A DNA stretch of 63,576 bases, filler included, from Octopus bimaculoides (lineage: Eukaryota): the NCBI RefSeq assembly GCF_001194135.2. It is 5 parts of 5 records of this genome, joined end to end, with 100 filler letters (N's around TTAATTAATTAA, not from the genome) between each part and the next. Parts side by side here need not be neighbours in the genome. Positions count along the whole stretch, not along the records: positions 61,496 to 63,576 come from NC_068983.1; 4 more parts are not named here. The stretch is one strand, 5' to 3'. Both the position numbers and the translations under genes were made by a program. Of this stretch, positions 63,507 to 63,576 are shown one piece after another; the stretch's first letter is position 1; each line of letters opens with the position of its first letter. The notes below the pieces were generated by a model, which made no database searches, was not told where the DNA came from, and saw only the letters and a program-made list of their open reading frames with translations.

Positions 63507-63576
63507 TATGTATGTATGTATGTATGTATGTATGTATGTATGTATGTATGTATGTATGAATGCGTATATATATATA

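Overview
Eukaryotic, AT-rich, microsatellite-saturated DNA from a gapped draft assembly (roughly one eighth of the window is N). I infer a cephalopod (Octopus-like) genome from the SINE and microsatellite repertoire; this is not proven. I found no host protein-coding gene I can support: almost every ORF in the track is a microsatellite or N-run artefact. The window is mostly decayed mobile elements. DNA transposons: two mariners, a Tc1, a DD37D/maT, a Tigger/pogo, hAT remnants, MITEs and a probable Helitron 3' end. Retroelements: a rearranged Ty3/gypsy, LINE remnants (RTE, HERO-like, R4/Dong-like, L1/Tx1-like), five Penelope-like element (PLE) remnants and several SINE families. The most notable signal is a set of type I hammerhead-ribozyme (HHR) motifs. 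Two sit in the inverted pseudo-LTRs of a PLE and show a compensatory base-pair change (13.4-15.0 kb). Two sit in a short (TA)n-embedded non-coding element and share an atypical CUGUUGA (A6U) core (58.7 and 61.0 kb). One has a canonical core (55.7 kb), and degenerate relatives lie at 19.9 and 46.1 kb. Several long unexplained hairpins are also present.
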